A stretch of DNA of 64,000 bases from positions 64,001 through 128,000 of the forward strand of contig OY781092.1 in NCBI GenBank assembly GCA_963676615.1, in the 5' to 3' direction. A model generated the notes under the pieces. It was not told the DNA's origin and ran no database searches. It was given only the letters and a program-made list of their open reading frames with translations. Numbering within the stretch: the first letter of the stretch is position 1; the number at the start of each line of letters is the position of its first letter. A program made the position numbers and the translations under genes. Shown here in pieces: positions 28,169-38,725 of the stretch. The DNA is from Candidatus Cloacimonadota bacterium (lineage in GTDB: Bacteria > Cloacimonadota > Cloacimonadia > G963667145).

Positions 28169-28635
28169 TTTTGTAACCTAGCCCCTTAGATTTGGTTTAA
28201 AAATCGGTTTGACAAATTTTGTCTTGCTGGTTTTTTATTTTTCAGCAAAAAATCAAAAGAAAGTCACTTGTCAAGAAGAAAAGGACACAAAGAGAACTAT
28301 TAAAAATGGGTTTGAAAAATTTCAATGGCAGCTTTCCGAGGTTTTGTTTGCCCTAATTACTTTATTTATATAGTTAAGTGTGGGTTCGGGAGTAGCCAAG
28401 AAAAATTGTTATTTTTGTTTTGTAACTTTTGGTATTTTGTCAAAATTTGAGGTTTAAAATAGGGAGTCTGACTTTTTTCAGTTTGAGAAAGTCGAAAAAT
28501 GAAAATTGAAAGTCGCTAAAAAGACAATTTAGGGAAATTCAAGAGAAAACACAAAGAAAATAAAAAGTTGCTAACAGTTTATATCTTGTTGAAATTGCTT
28601 ACTTTTAGATGTTTTTTGCTTTTTTAAAAGTAAAT

Positions 28636-28710
<75 letters not shown>

Positions 28711-28716
28711 TCTTCT

Positions 28717-29223
28717 TTAAAAATCGTAAGAAAGACTCACTGCCTGATTTTCGGGCTGAAACTCCAGACGAATCTCCCTTTTCATAATATAATAGTTGTA
28801 TAACCTAGCGTCAACAAAAGCGTCCAACATCGAAAAAAGCGTCAAGCCGATCACCCAGCCGATATAGCTTTGCCGCTTCTCGTAGTTGTGTTTATAAAGG
28901 CTCTCGTTCTTGTCCTTATCCACTTTTTGCAAATCTTTATTATACTCGTAGGCTTTTTCCAAATGATGCACAAACAGTCCAGCAAAAATAAAACCTTTTA
29001 TGTAACTTTTGTTGTAAAACTGACCACCGCCGGGGATAGTCGCCGAGAGCAAAATCGCTTTGTAGGCGTTTTTTTTGTCGAAAAGATATTTGCCCTCCAC
29101 TTTGTCGGGATGCACAGATTTGCCGTCGTCGATTTTTTGCAAAGCCTGCTGGCTTTTTCCTTGCAAACCCCACAAACTGCCAAGAACCATGAGTAGTAGC
29201 AGCGTCAAAAATCTCCTCATCAT
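28717..29223 (-). CDS. DUF5683-like exported/membrane protein
   Basis: AILLSATIPGGGQFYNKSYIKG...SMLDAFVDA. Confidence 0.7.
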   Translation of the reverse strand: MMRRFLTLLLLMVLGSLWGLQGKSQQALQKIDDGKSVHPDKVEGKYLFDKKNAYKAILLSATIPGGGQFYNKSYIKGFIFAGLFVHHLEKAYEYNKDLQKVDKDKNESLYKHNYEKRQSYIGWVIGLTLFSMLDAFVDARLYNYYIMKREIRLEFQPENQAVSLSYDF

Positions 29224-29756
29224 CCTAGATAACGCTCCTGCTCGCTATAAATGCATCCGCAATACTGCTGGCGATACATCCCCTCTTGTTTGGACATCTC
29301 AATTCCCTCTTTCCAAAAAACTCTCAAGTCTGTATCCAAAAATTTCACGCCGTATTTTTTGGCAAGATTTTTGCCGATTTCGATGATTTGCTCAAAATTT
29401 TGGAACTTGCTGTAGAGTAAAGTTGTGCCGAAAAAATCGAAATTTCCTTTCTTTGCAATGATAGCCGTATATTGCAATCGCTGGAAATAGCAAATTTGGC
29501 AGCGGTTCTCTTCGCGAAAGCAAACATCTTGCACGAACTTTTTCACATCGTATTCGTCTTTGACGATGCTCTTTGCGTTCTGACTCGCCACAAAATTTTG
29601 CAGGCACTCAAGCCGCTTTTGATACTCTGTATAAGGGTGAATATTGTGATTGAACCAAAAAACGCTCGTGTCGAATTTTTGTGATAGATGCCGATACGGC
29701 GCAACAAGGCAAGGCGCGCAGCACGCGTGCAAAAGGAGCTTTTTCTTAGCGGGCAT
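29220..29756 (-). CDS. queH: Epoxyqueuosine reductase
   Basis: LLLHACCAPC, NIHP..EY, C..CY, YRQQYCGCIYS. Confidence 0.93.
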   Translation of the reverse strand: MPAKKKLLLHACCAPCLVAPYRHLSQKFDTSVFWFNHNIHPYTEYQKRLECLQNFVASQNAKSIVKDEYDVKKFVQDVCFREENRCQICYFQRLQYTAIIAKKGNFDFFGTTLLYSKFQNFEQIIEIGKNLAKKYGVKFLDTDLRVFWKEGIEMSKQEGMYRQQYCGCIYSEQERYLG

Positions 29757-30243
29757 TGTCTTTTTTTAGGTGAACAAAAATTTTGATAAATTTTTCGCAA
29801 AGTCGCCAAACGCTGGTGAGCAAAAACTCTTTTTTTCGCAGAGGATCGACCAAAATCGTGCACATCCCCAGCCTGTGAGCAAAGCAAATATCGGTAATCA
29901 TATTATCGCCGATAAAAAGCGTTTTTTTGGGGTCGATTTTGTAGGTGGTGAGCAGATGCACGGCTTTGCGGATGCTGGGTTTATAGCAAGCGCCAAAAGC
30001 TTTTAGTGGCAGAGCTTGGCAACTTTTTCGCACCCTTTTTTGGTTGCCGTTTGAAAAAACAAACAGCCGAAATTTTTTGTTCAGCTGCCCAATTTTGTCA
30101 GAAATTTCTGTGGGAATTTCGCCGTTCCAGCGGGTGAGCGTGTTGTCGTAGTCAAAAATCAAAGTGTCGTAATGCACAAAGCGGTCAAAATCGATTTGCG
30201 CAACAGAGCTGAAATAGTGGTCTGGTCTAAAAATTCCGAACAT
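29746..30243 (-). CDS. YqeG-family HAD IIIA phosphatase
   Basis: FDYDNTL, SN, KP, IGD..TD. Confidence 0.88.
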   Translation of the reverse strand: MFGIFRPDHYFSSVAQIDFDRFVHYDTLIFDYDNTLTRWNGEIPTEISDKIGQLNKKFRLFVFSNGNQKRVRKSCQALPLKAFGACYKPSIRKAVHLLTTYKIDPKKTLFIGDNMITDICFAHRLGMCTILVDPLRKKEFLLTSVWRLCEKFIKIFVHLKKDNAR

Positions 30244-30247
30244 TTTT

Positions 30248-30940
30248 TTAGTAGAGGTGGTTTAAGAAATCGTCGAAAACATTGGAGATGCCAAAGCTGA
30301 TGGAGTAGGTCTGATATTTTGTGCTAAGGTTATACAAGTCAGTGATTTGCACCTCTTCGCCTGCGGAATTTTTCGTGGAAAATTCGTGTTTGAAATCGTT
30401 GTTGTCGGCTTGGTAATTTTTGATCATAAACTCGATGTGGATGTCCGAAAAAACTTTGCAGCCAAGTCCGTAGCCGAAGTAAGAGCCGTCTTCCAAATTG
30501 CCTGTGTTGTAGGGGTTGCTGCCTTTGCTGTAGGCGATGCCTTGTTGATAGATGGCGTAGAAATCGGCGTCGTTTTTGTATTCGTAGAAGTGAAAATTGG
30601 TCAGCAGGTATGCGGGGATGAAGTAGAAATCGCCGAAATCGCCGCTGGAGGTTGGCACCTGGTAGCCGACGCCAGCTCCGAGGTCGAACCGCCAGATTTT
30701 GGTGTATAGTGCGACATCCAGCGAGTAGGTGTTGACATTTTTGGTCGTCGGCGCAAAAGTCGTGTCGGTAATCGTTCCCACGGGTTTGTAGGAGATGTCC
30801 AACTTTTTGCCGATATCGAAATTGCTTTTTGCCTTAAAAGTTAGCGGAAAGCTACTGCCAAAAATCGACTCGTAGGAGTCGTTTGCGTAGAGGAAACAGC
30901 TTGAGAACAAAGCAATTAGGAGGAAACTTTTTTTTATCAT
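30248..30940 (-). CDS. Signal-peptide protein, probable outer-membrane beta-barrel
   Basis: Signal peptide; alternating aromatic/Gly strands. Confidence 0.6.
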   Translation of the reverse strand: MIKKSFLLIALFSSCFLYANDSYESIFGSSFPLTFKAKSNFDIGKKLDISYKPVGTITDTTFAPTTKNVNTYSLDVALYTKIWRFDLGAGVGYQVPTSSGDFGDFYFIPAYLLTNFHFYEYKNDADFYAIYQQGIAYSKGSNPYNTGNLEDGSYFGYGLGCKVFSDIHIEFMIKNYQADNNDFKHEFSTKNSAGEEVQITDLYNLSTKYQTYSISFGISNVFDDFLNHLY

Positions 30941-30964
30941 AAATTGTTTTTTTCTTTAAAAAAA

Positions 30965-31041
30965 TGGCGCCCCCGGGCCGATTCGAACAGCCGACCTTTT
31001 CCTTAGGAGGGAACCGCTCTATCCTGTTGAGCTACGGGGGC
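30965..31041 (-). tRNA. tRNA-Arg(CCT)
   Basis: GCCCCCG...CT-CCT-AA...GTTCGAAT...CGGGGGC-G-CCA. Confidence 0.96.
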
Positions 31042-31275
31042 ACAACCTTGAGCCGATTTTTGCAAAGCGACTATTTCTATGCTCAAAACATCGGGCAAGA
31101 GCTTATAAGGCAAGAAAATTTTATATTTTTTAGCGAAATCTAAAAAAAGTTGCTAGCCCGCTGCCCTTTAGCGCGCCGCTCAAAAAATCCTTGACAATCT
31201 GCTGGTTCGGCAAGATTAAATTTGCAACTTGAAAAGAAATTGGGTTGCTTTTTGTCACAAATTAAGGAGGCAGTT

Positions 31276-32481
31276 GTGGTTGATCTAACAAAAAAAATGT
31301 CAAGGCTGGCTAGCAGAGGCGAGCGGTCTGTTATTCGTGAAATTTTGAAATTGCTCGGCAACGGCGATATCATCTCGTTTGCTGGCGGTTTGCCTTCGCC
31401 AGAATCTTTTCCCATCGATGAAATCCGAAAAATTGCCGACAAGGTGCTGGAGCAAGAGGGCGCTTTGGCGCTGCAATACGCTTCCACCGAAGGCGATGCG
31501 GTGCTTTGTGAGCAAATCGCCAAATACAATAATCGCAAAAATTTTGGGATAACCGCCGAGAATATTTTGCCCACAGCCTCGTCGCAACAGGCGCTGGACA
31601 TCGTCGGCAGGATGCTCCTGAACAAAGGCGACAACATCATTATGGGGCTGCCCTCGTATTTGGGAGCGATTAACGCGTTCAAGGCTTATCAGCCGAATAT
31701 CATTGGCGTGAAGCACGATGAGTGCGGGCTTTCGGCGCAGCTTTTGGAGGAGAAACTGGCGGAATTGCAAGCCAAGGGTGAGAGTGCAAAATTCGTCTAT
31801 CTTGTCCCCGATTTTCAAAATCCTGCGGGAATAACTATGCCCCAAAAAAGGCGGCTGGAGATTTTGGCGCTCGCCAAAAAATACGACCTTTTGATAATCG
31901 AAGACTCGCCGTATTGCGAAATCCGCTTTAGTGGCGAAGATCAGCCAACTTTTTACAGCCTAGACGATGATGGCAGAGTGATAAATTTGGGCACTTTTTC
32001 CAAAATTTTAGCGCCAGGATTTCGACTCGGCTGGATAATCGCCAGCAAGGAACTGCTCGATTTTGCGATTGTGGTCAAACAGACGATGGATCTTTGCACG
32101 AGCCCTTTTGTGCAGCGGATTGTGGGCAGATATATGGAGGCTGGTTTGCTCGAGCCGACGATCAAAAAAACTGTCGTTTCGTATCGCGAAAAAGCCAAAG
32201 CGATGTTGCAGGCTTTTCAGGAATTTATGCCCGAAGGGGTCTCGTGGACGACGCCAGAAGGCGGGCTGTTTCTCTTTTTGCATCTGCCAGAGCATATGGA
32301 CTCGGAAAAGCTGATGGCTTCGGCGGTCAAAGATTACAAAGTGGCTTTTGTGCCGGGAGTCGTTTTTCATTGCGATGGATCGGGCAAAAATACGCTGCGG
32401 ATGAACTTTTCGTATGAGTCGGCAGAAACCATCAGAGAAGGCGTGCAGCGCTTGGCAAAGGCGATTGCCGCAAATCTCTAG
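31276..32481 (+). CDS. PLP-dependent aminotransferase class I (LysN-like)
   Basis: ISFAGGLP, FQNPAG, EDSPY, GTFSKILAPGFRLGW; GTG start after AAGGAGG. Confidence 0.92.
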   Translation: MVDLTKKMSRLASRGERSVIREILKLLGNGDIISFAGGLPSPESFPIDEIRKIADKVLEQEGALALQYASTEGDAVLCEQIAKYNNRKNFGITAENILPTASSQQALDIVGRMLLNKGDNIIMGLPSYLGAINAFKAYQPNIIGVKHDECGLSAQLLEEKLAELQAKGESAKFVYLVPDFQNPAGITMPQKRRLEILALAKKYDLLIIEDSPYCEIRFSGEDQPTFYSLDDDGRVINLGTFSKILAPGFRLGWIIASKELLDFAIVVKQTMDLCTSPFVQRIVGRYMEAGLLEPTIKKTVVSYREKAKAMLQAFQEFMPEGVSWTTPEGGLFLFLHLPEHMDSEKLMASAVKDYKVAFVPGVVFHCDGSGKNTLRMNFSYESAETIREGVQRLAKAIAANL

Positions 32482-32501
32482 GCGATTTTGAGGGAAAGTT
32501 T

Positions 32502-33167
32502 ATGAAATGCGAACACTGCGGGGCGAAAATCGTCGGCGACCCAACTTTTTGCGCAGCTTGCGGCAAACCGACGGCTTTGCTTTCGTCGGAGCTAAGTGCT
32601 ATCAGCGCTTTGCGTTACGCCAAAAAAAATCTCGACTGGAAACGCAGTTGGAAGCTCTCGCTTTTGATGTTTGTGCCGATTTGGCTTTTTGCGGCGTCTT
32701 TTTTGTTGCTGGGCGATTTTTGGTATTATCTGAGCTTGCTGATTTTTTTGCCGCTGTTTTTGTCTCCGCTGTCAAAAAAAAGTGCGTGGTTTCAAAAGCC
32801 GCTTGGGTTTTTCCCGTTTGCGGTGCTTTTTGTGGGCTACCTTTTTGCGTTGCGGACGATCTGCCAAGGCGACCCGATTTTGGATTTGGTTTACCTGATA
32901 ATGTGCAACTACGCCCTTAGTATTTCGTTGCCGATTGTGGCAAAAGTGGGCAAGGGTGAAAAACTGCTGGCGTCGCTTTTGTGGAGTATTCGCAAAATAA
33001 AGGAGAGCCGCTGGCAGCAGATTTTTTTGCTTTGGATCGTGTTCGCGCTGAATATTTTGGCGCTGTTGCCGCTGGGCATTGGATTGTTTTTCAGCGTTCC
33101 GTTTTCGTATATTTGCCTTGAGCGATATGGGCATCAGCTGAAAAAATATTACAAAAAAGCGGAGTAA
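32502..33167 (+). CDS. Zinc-ribbon membrane protein
   Basis: CEHCG...FCAACG plus several TM helices. Confidence 0.7.
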   Translation: MKCEHCGAKIVGDPTFCAACGKPTALLSSELSAISALRYAKKNLDWKRSWKLSLLMFVPIWLFAASFLLLGDFWYYLSLLIFLPLFLSPLSKKSAWFQKPLGFFPFAVLFVGYLFALRTICQGDPILDLVYLIMCNYALSISLPIVAKVGKGEKLLASLLWSIRKIKESRWQQIFLLWIVFALNILALLPLGIGLFFSVPFSYICLERYGHQLKKYYKKAE

Positions 33168-33273
33168 ATCGACAATTTTTTGGGAAGAAAGTGATTTTTC
33201 TTGACTTGGTCAACCTCATTTTTTTTTTGGTTGAATTGGAATGTAAAATATTTAAATCGAAGGAATATGCACA

Positions 33274-33555
33274 ATGGTTAAATTAAGATTGAAGAGAATG
33301 GGCAGAAAAAATATCCCTTTCTATAGAGTGGTGGCCGTGGACAGTCGCAAGAAAAGAGACGGAGCTTATATCGAAGCGCTAGGTTTTTACAGCCCGAAAA
33401 GTGATGATGCGAAAGTGAAAATCGACCAAGATGTGGCTTTGAAATGGCTGAAATTGGGCGCACAACCAACTGATACAGTAAGGTCGCTTCTTCGCAAAGA
33501 GGGTGTCCTGAAAGTTTGGGACGAAGAGAAAAAAGCAGCAGCAAAGGCGAAGTAG
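33274..33555 (+). CDS. rpsP: 30S ribosomal protein S16
   Basis: [10 protein letters not shown]...PFYRVV. Confidence 0.97.
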   Translation: MVKLRLKRMGRKNIPFYRVVAVDSRKKRDGAYIEALGFYSPKSDDAKVKIDQDVALKWLKLGAQPTDTVRSLLRKEGVLKVWDEEKKAAAKAK

Positions 33556-33590
33556 TTTTGTTTTTGTTTAATAAAAAAAAGAAGAAGGCA

Positions 33591-33827
33591 ATGAAGATAA
33601 AAGATTTGTTGATTTCGTTGGTGCAAGAGATTGTGGACAATCCAGCGGATGTTGATGTGCAAGAGACCGACGGAGAGTTTGGCAAGGTTTATGAGATTGC
33701 TTTGCACAAAGAAGATGTAGGCAAAGTTATTGGAAAAAAAGGGAGAACCATCTCCTCGCTACGGACGCTTTTCAAAGGTATCGCCAAAAAGCAAGGCTTT
33801 AGCCTAGAACTGGAGATCGTTGAGTAG
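33591..33827 (+). CDS. khpA: KH-domain RNA-binding protein
   Basis: DVGKVIGKKGRT; conserved position after rpsP. Confidence 0.9.
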   Translation: MKIKDLLISLVQEIVDNPADVDVQETDGEFGKVYEIALHKEDVGKVIGKKGRTISSLRTLFKGIAKKQGFSLELEIVE

Positions 33828-34326
33828 TTCGCAAGTTACGGTCTTGGCGTCTTTTCGCGGATATAAGGCGAAAAAAGGCGAGTTTATCAAGCTGAGGCTG
33901 AACAAAAATTACCATAGAAGTGTTGAAAAAAGTGATTATTTTTTGCTGATATTTGAGCAAGAGATTAGGTATTTGGAAGATTTTTCGTGGCGTGTTTCGA
34001 GCGATGAGGAATCGGTTTTTTTGCAAATAAAAGACGACGAACTTGTGCAAGAAATCTCGCAAATCAAAAAAGTGAGCGTCGGCTTGCTGGCGAAAGATTA
34101 TCGGAATTTGCAGGCGCAGGAGTGCCCGTATTTTGGCTACGAGGTCTATCAGCAAAAGACGCTGCTGGGCAAAGTGGTCGGCTATAGCGACTCCAGCGAT
34201 TTGGCGATTTTGGAGATAGAGGTTGACGGCAAAATTGTGTTGCTGCCCGAAGTTGACGAATATGTCGAAAAAGTCGGCGAGCGATTTTTGCAGGTGCGGA
34301 ATGTTCAGGGACTTTTGGATTTATGA
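33820..34326 (+). CDS. rimM: Ribosome maturation factor RimM (divergent N-terminus)
   Basis: PRC-barrel C-terminus (LGKV...LLP.V..YV...GLLDL); synteny. Confidence 0.7.
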   Translation: MSSSQVTVLASFRGYKAKKGEFIKLRLNKNYHRSVEKSDYFLLIFEQEIRYLEDFSWRVSSDEESVFLQIKDDELVQEISQIKKVSVGLLAKDYRNLQAQECPYFGYEVYQQKTLLGKVVGYSDSSDLAILEIEVDGKIVLLPEVDEYVEKVGERFLQVRNVQGLLDL

Positions 34327-34994
34327 AGATAGATGTTTTGACGATTTTCCCCCAAATGTTTCCAAGCTTTTTGCAGACGAGCATCGTCGGATTGGCGCAC
34401 CAAAAACAGAAGCTGGCTACCCAGGTAATCGACATCAGAGCTTTTTCGCAAAACAAGCACAAGAAGGTGGACGACTATCCATACGGCGGTGGCGGCGGAA
34501 TGGTGATGTCGGCGCAACCTTTGGCGGACGCCATTCGGGCGAGCAAAAGCGATGAAGCAGACGAGGTAATCTATTTTACGCCGCAAGGTAAGTCGTTGCA
34601 GCAGAAAGATTTACACTCGCTAAAGACCGCTAAAAAGCTGATTTTAATCTGTGGACATTACAAAGATATCGACCAGCGAATCCGCGACAAATATGTGACC
34701 AAGGAGTTTTCGATTGGCGACTATGTGCTTTCGGGTGGAGAGTTGCCCGCGATGATTTTTATCGACGGCATAGCGCGTCTGCTGGACGGAGTGTTGGGCA
34801 ATTTCGATTCAGCCAAAAGCGACTCTTTTGAGAACCAAATTTTGGGAGCTCCCAGCTACACAAGACCAGAAGTTTTTGAGGGGTTGCGAGTGCCAGAGGT
34901 TTTGTTGGGTGGCAATCACGCCAAAATTGAAGAATGGCGGCACGAAAAAGCGATGGAGATTACGCTGCAAAACAGGAAAGATTTGCTGAAGTGA
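34323..34994 (+). CDS. trmD: tRNA (guanine-N1)-methyltransferase
   Basis: VDDYPYGGGGGMV, SIGDYVLSGGE. Confidence 0.97.
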   Translation: MKIDVLTIFPQMFPSFLQTSIVGLAHQKQKLATQVIDIRAFSQNKHKKVDDYPYGGGGGMVMSAQPLADAIRASKSDEADEVIYFTPQGKSLQQKDLHSLKTAKKLILICGHYKDIDQRIRDKYVTKEFSIGDYVLSGGELPAMIFIDGIARLLDGVLGNFDSAKSDSFENQILGAPSYTRPEVFEGLRVPEVLLGGNHAKIEEWRHEKAMEITLQNRKDLLK

Positions 34995-35539
34995 GAAAAA
35001 TTTATTTGGCTTTGTTGCACTCTGGCGTGGTGGACAAAAACGCCCAGGAGATAGTAACTTCGATTACCAATTTGGATGTTCACGATATTGCCAGAAGCTG
35101 TGCGTGCTTTGGCGTGGAGCGATTTTTTGTGGTCAATCCGCTGGCTGGGCAGAAGAAATTTCTGGAAAATATTTTGGGATTTTGGCAGACTCAGATAGCC
35201 AAATCTTACAATCCTGATCGAGTGGAAGCGTTAAAAATCACTAGTTATGCAAAAAATTTAGAAGAAGTAATAAATAAAATTAAAAATGAGGATGGCAGAC
35301 ATCCGATAACTGTTACAACTACGGCTAAAAAAATGAACGGACAGATAAATTTTGCGAGTCTTAAGGGGTTAGATTTTAAGCCCATACTTTTGCTGTTTGG
35401 CACCGGAGGAGGACTCAAGCAAAAAGTGCATTCCGATGCGGATTATGTGCTTCAGCCTTTGCAAGGGGCGAAGCATTACAATCATCTTTCTGTCAGAAGC
35501 GCCGTGGCGATAGTGTTGGATAGGTTGCTGTCTGCATAA
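34991..35539 (+). CDS. SPOUT RNA methyltransferase (TrmD-associated)
   Basis: [30 protein letters not shown]. Confidence 0.88.
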   Translation: MRKIYLALLHSGVVDKNAQEIVTSITNLDVHDIARSCACFGVERFFVVNPLAGQKKFLENILGFWQTQIAKSYNPDRVEALKITSYAKNLEEVINKIKNEDGRHPITVTTTAKKMNGQINFASLKGLDFKPILLLFGTGGGLKQKVHSDADYVLQPLQGAKHYNHLSVRSAVAIVLDRLLSA

Positions 35540-35550
35540 GGAGTTATAAA

Positions 35551-35898
35551 ATGGATATATTGAACGAAGTTGGAAAAGAGCAGATGAGAACCGACTTGCC
35601 AGAGTTTGGCGTTGGTGACACTGTGCGCGTAGATTATAAAATTACAGAGGGCTCAAAAGAGAGAATTCAGGCTTTTCAAGGGATTGTCATTCAAAAAAAA
35701 GGAAGCGACATCTCGAAAACTTTCACCGTTCGTAAGGTGAGTGGTGGTGTGGCTGTGGAAAGAATTTTTCCGATGTCAACTCCGCTGATTGCCAAGCTTG
35801 AAGTGCTCAGATTTGGTAAAGTCAGACGCTCGAAGCTGTATTATTTGCGCGAGGCGAAAGGCAGAAGAGCCAAAATCAAAGAGAAAAAGCAGTATTAG
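35551..35898 (+). CDS. rplS: 50S ribosomal protein L19
   Basis: GDTVRV...ERIQAFQG...[12 protein letters not shown]. Confidence 0.97.
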   Translation: MDILNEVGKEQMRTDLPEFGVGDTVRVDYKITEGSKERIQAFQGIVIQKKGSDISKTFTVRKVSGGVAVERIFPMSTPLIAKLEVLRFGKVRRSKLYYLREAKGRRAKIKEKKQY

Positions 35899-35906
35899 TT
35901 TTTTGG

Positions 35907-36737
35907 TTGATGCAAGTCGCAAAAGCTTACGCCAAGATAAATTTGTATTTGGACACTTTATCCAAAGGCGATGAGTTTACCAAAATCAGGACGGTTTTTG
36001 CGCAGATAGATTTGCGCGACACTTTGAGCATAAAAAAAAATAGAAGTGGTGAGATAAGCTTTGGTTGCAGCGATGCCAGCTTGCAAAATGCGGACAATTT
36101 GGTTGTGAGGGTTGCAAAATTTTTGCAAAAGCGTTGCAAAGTGGGTTATGGAGCGGAGATTTTTTTGCAAAAGGAGATTCCCGTGGCAGCAGGATTGGGA
36201 GGAGGCAGCAGCGATGCGGCGGCAGCTTTGCAGGCGCTAGACAAAGAGTGGGAGCTAGGGCTGAGTGAGGCAGAGCAGCACGAAATAGCCGCTGGTTTTG
36301 GCAGCGACATCAACTTTTTCCTTCGTGGCGGAGTTTGCCTCGGCACAGATAGAGGGCAGTTGATAGAGCCGATCGCCTTTGAGCAAATTGACAATATTTT
36401 GCTGGTTAATCCTGGCGTGGCGATTTCTAGCAAAGAGGCTTATCAAAATGTGAAAAGCTATGGTAAGACCGACGGATTTGAGCGATTTTTGGCTTCGGGC
36501 GATGTTGGTTTTTGCTATAACGGCTTGGAGGCAGGAGTGCTGGAGCTTTATCCCAGCGTGCGTGAGTGCCTGCAAGATTTACGAAAAAACGGTGCGAAAA
36601 AGGCGATGCTCTCGGGCAGTGGAGCGACGGTGATTGGCTTTTTTGAGGACGCCAAAACAGCAAAATTAACAGAGAAATATTTTAAAAATAAAAATTTTTG
36701 GACATTATTTACTAAAACAGGAAGGAGTGTAATATGA
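35907..36737 (+). CDS. ispE: CDP-ME kinase
   Basis: AKINLYL, IPVAAGLGGGSSDAA, LSGSG. Confidence 0.95.
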   Translation: MMQVAKAYAKINLYLDTLSKGDEFTKIRTVFAQIDLRDTLSIKKNRSGEISFGCSDASLQNADNLVVRVAKFLQKRCKVGYGAEIFLQKEIPVAAGLGGGSSDAAAALQALDKEWELGLSEAEQHEIAAGFGSDINFFLRGGVCLGTDRGQLIEPIAFEQIDNILLVNPGVAISSKEAYQNVKSYGKTDGFERFLASGDVGFCYNGLEAGVLELYPSVRECLQDLRKNGAKKAMLSGSGATVIGFFEDAKTAKLTEKYFKNKNFWTLFTKTGRSVI

Positions 36738-37000
36738 ACATTACAAAAGTAGAAGTATTCTTGAGAGACGACGACAAACCACTAAAGGCTTTTGTTAATC
36801 TTATTTTTGATGACAGCTTTATCGTGAGAAATGTGAAAGTGATTGACGGAAGCAACGGAATGTTTGTGGCTATGCCAAATCGTCAATTGAGTGATGGCTC
36901 TTATAGAGACATAGCACATCCTCTTAATTCTGACACCAGAAAAGAGATCGAGGATTTAGTGCTGGCTAAGTATGAGGAAGAAAAAAACGCTGAAGCTTAA
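36734..37000 (+). CDS. spoVG: SpoVG family protein
   Basis: GMFVAMP...YRDIAHPL. Confidence 0.93.
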   Translation: MNITKVEVFLRDDDKPLKAFVNLIFDDSFIVRNVKVIDGSNGMFVAMPNRQLSDGSYRDIAHPLNSDTRKEIEDLVLAKYEEEKNAEA

Positions 37001-37022
37001 TTTGGGCATTCTAAATTAGGTT

Positions 37023-38075
37023 TTGAAGGAGAATAGCATTAAAATATTTTCAGGTAACGCTAATAAATATTTGGCACAAAAGGTCTCGGAATATGTCGAG
37101 AGCGAAGGTGCTGTAGATGTTATGGGTAAGGCGGAAGTCTTTGAGTTTTCCAACGGGGAGACTTTCGCCAAACTTTGTGAGAGCATCAGGAGTAAAGATG
37201 TTTTTGTTTTTCAGCCGATTTCTCCTTCGGAGATGAGCAAAGATTGTAAAGACGAAAACGAATATCGCACGGTCAACGACAACTTGATGGAGCTTTTGAT
37301 TTTGATGGACGCCTGCAAAAGGGCGTCGGCAGAGAGCGTGAGCTGTGTGATTCCATACTATGGATATTCCAGAACGGACAAAAAAGACCAGTCTGGCACA
37401 CCGATTACGGCGAAACTCGTGGCAAATATGCTAGAGTCGGCGGGAGCAAAAAGAATTATCACCTTTGATTTGCATTCGCAGCAAATTCAGGGATTTTTCA
37501 ACATTCCAGTGGATAATCTTTCTGCTTCTTATTTGTTTGTGCAACATTTTTACGACGGCTATGGGATTGAGGTGATTGTCTCGCCAGATTCTGGCGGTGT
37601 GGCAAGAGCCAGAGATTTGTCGCGTAGGATTAACTACGCCCGCAGACAAGACAAAAAGTGCAGCGACAAAGAGCCGACGGCGATAGCTTTTGGCGATAAA
37701 AGACGCACAGGCAACGACGATTGTGTGGAGCTGACCCATATTGTGGGCGATGTAGAAGGCAAAAATGTTTTAATCTGTGACGACATCGTTGATACGGCTG
37801 GCTCGCTTGTGAAAGTGGCAAGTGCTCTAAAAAAACACGGGGCAAAGAAAATTTACGCTGCGTGCGTTCACGGCGTTTTGTCTGGACCAGCACTGGAGCG
37901 AATCGAAGATTCTTGCCTTGAGAAGTTGTATATTACCGACACGATTCCGCTTCCCAAAAGGGTGCGAGATTGTGAGCGTCTAGAGGTGATTTCGATCGCC
38001 AAAATTTTGGCAAAAGCTGTGTATAATATCAGCGAAAAAAAGTCAGTTAACGAATTATTTAAAATAGACATATAA
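37023..38075 (+). CDS. prs: Ribose-phosphate pyrophosphokinase
   Basis: FSNGE, DLHSQQIQGFF, VSPDSGG, DDIVDTAGS. Confidence 0.96.
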   Translation: MKENSIKIFSGNANKYLAQKVSEYVESEGAVDVMGKAEVFEFSNGETFAKLCESIRSKDVFVFQPISPSEMSKDCKDENEYRTVNDNLMELLILMDACKRASAESVSCVIPYYGYSRTDKKDQSGTPITAKLVANMLESAGAKRIITFDLHSQQIQGFFNIPVDNLSASYLFVQHFYDGYGIEVIVSPDSGGVARARDLSRRINYARRQDKKCSDKEPTAIAFGDKRRTGNDDCVELTHIVGDVEGKNVLICDDIVDTAGSLVKVASALKKHGAKKIYAACVHGVLSGPALERIEDSCLEKLYITDTIPLPKRVRDCERLEVISIAKILAKAVYNISEKKSVNELFKIDI

Positions 38076-38092
38076 GAAAGAGGTGGCTCAAA

Positions 38093-38722
38093 ATGGATTT
38101 TAATTTAAAAGTTGAAAAAAGAGCGGTAGCTCAAAAAAAATCTGATAATAAGAAGATTCGTAAAGAAGGATTTATCCCGGGCGTCATCTATGGCGAGGGA
38201 AAAGAGGGAACGCCGATTATGTTGCGTTCCAACGAGTTTGTGAAAGCGTATAACAAGTCGCTTGGCGAGTTGGCTTTTTTTAATCTGGATGTTGATGGCA
38301 AATCTTACAAAACGATTATCAAAGACAAGCAAGTGCATCCAAGCACCAGAAGGGTGGTTCACCTGGATTTTATGGAGCTGACCAAAGGGCACACAATCAC
38401 CGTGGATATTCCGATTAAGTTGGTTGGAGACGCCGCTGGCGTGATCGAGGGCGGCATCGTGGACTTTTTGATGCACACGATTTCTGTCTCTTGTCTGCCA
38501 TCACAAATCGTTTCGGAGCTCGAAGTTGACATCAGTAAATTGGGCATCGGCGACACTTTGCGTGTGGGCGATCTTCCGCTGGGAGATTTGCAGACCAACG
38601 CTGACGCAGAATTGACTGTCGTGCATATTATTCCGCCAATCCAAGAGGCTGCTGCGGAAGAGGATGCAGAAGGCGACGAGGCACCAGCAGAGGCAGAAGC
38701 TCCTCAAGCAACCGAAGAATAA
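38093..38722 (+). CDS. rplY: 50S ribosomal protein L25/Ctc
   Basis: IPGVIYG, QVHP...HLDF. Confidence 0.95.
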   Translation: MDFNLKVEKRAVAQKKSDNKKIRKEGFIPGVIYGEGKEGTPIMLRSNEFVKAYNKSLGELAFFNLDVDGKSYKTIIKDKQVHPSTRRVVHLDFMELTKGHTITVDIPIKLVGDAAGVIEGGIVDFLMHTISVSCLPSQIVSELEVDISKLGIGDTLRVGDLPLGDLQTNADAELTVVHIIPPIQEAAAEEDAEGDEAPAEAEAPQATEE

Positions 38723-38725
38723 TCT

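Noticed and set aside
37200..37700. Short insertions in Prs as a possible intein
   Set aside because: Only about 10-15 aa each, with no intein terminal motifs; likely surface loops
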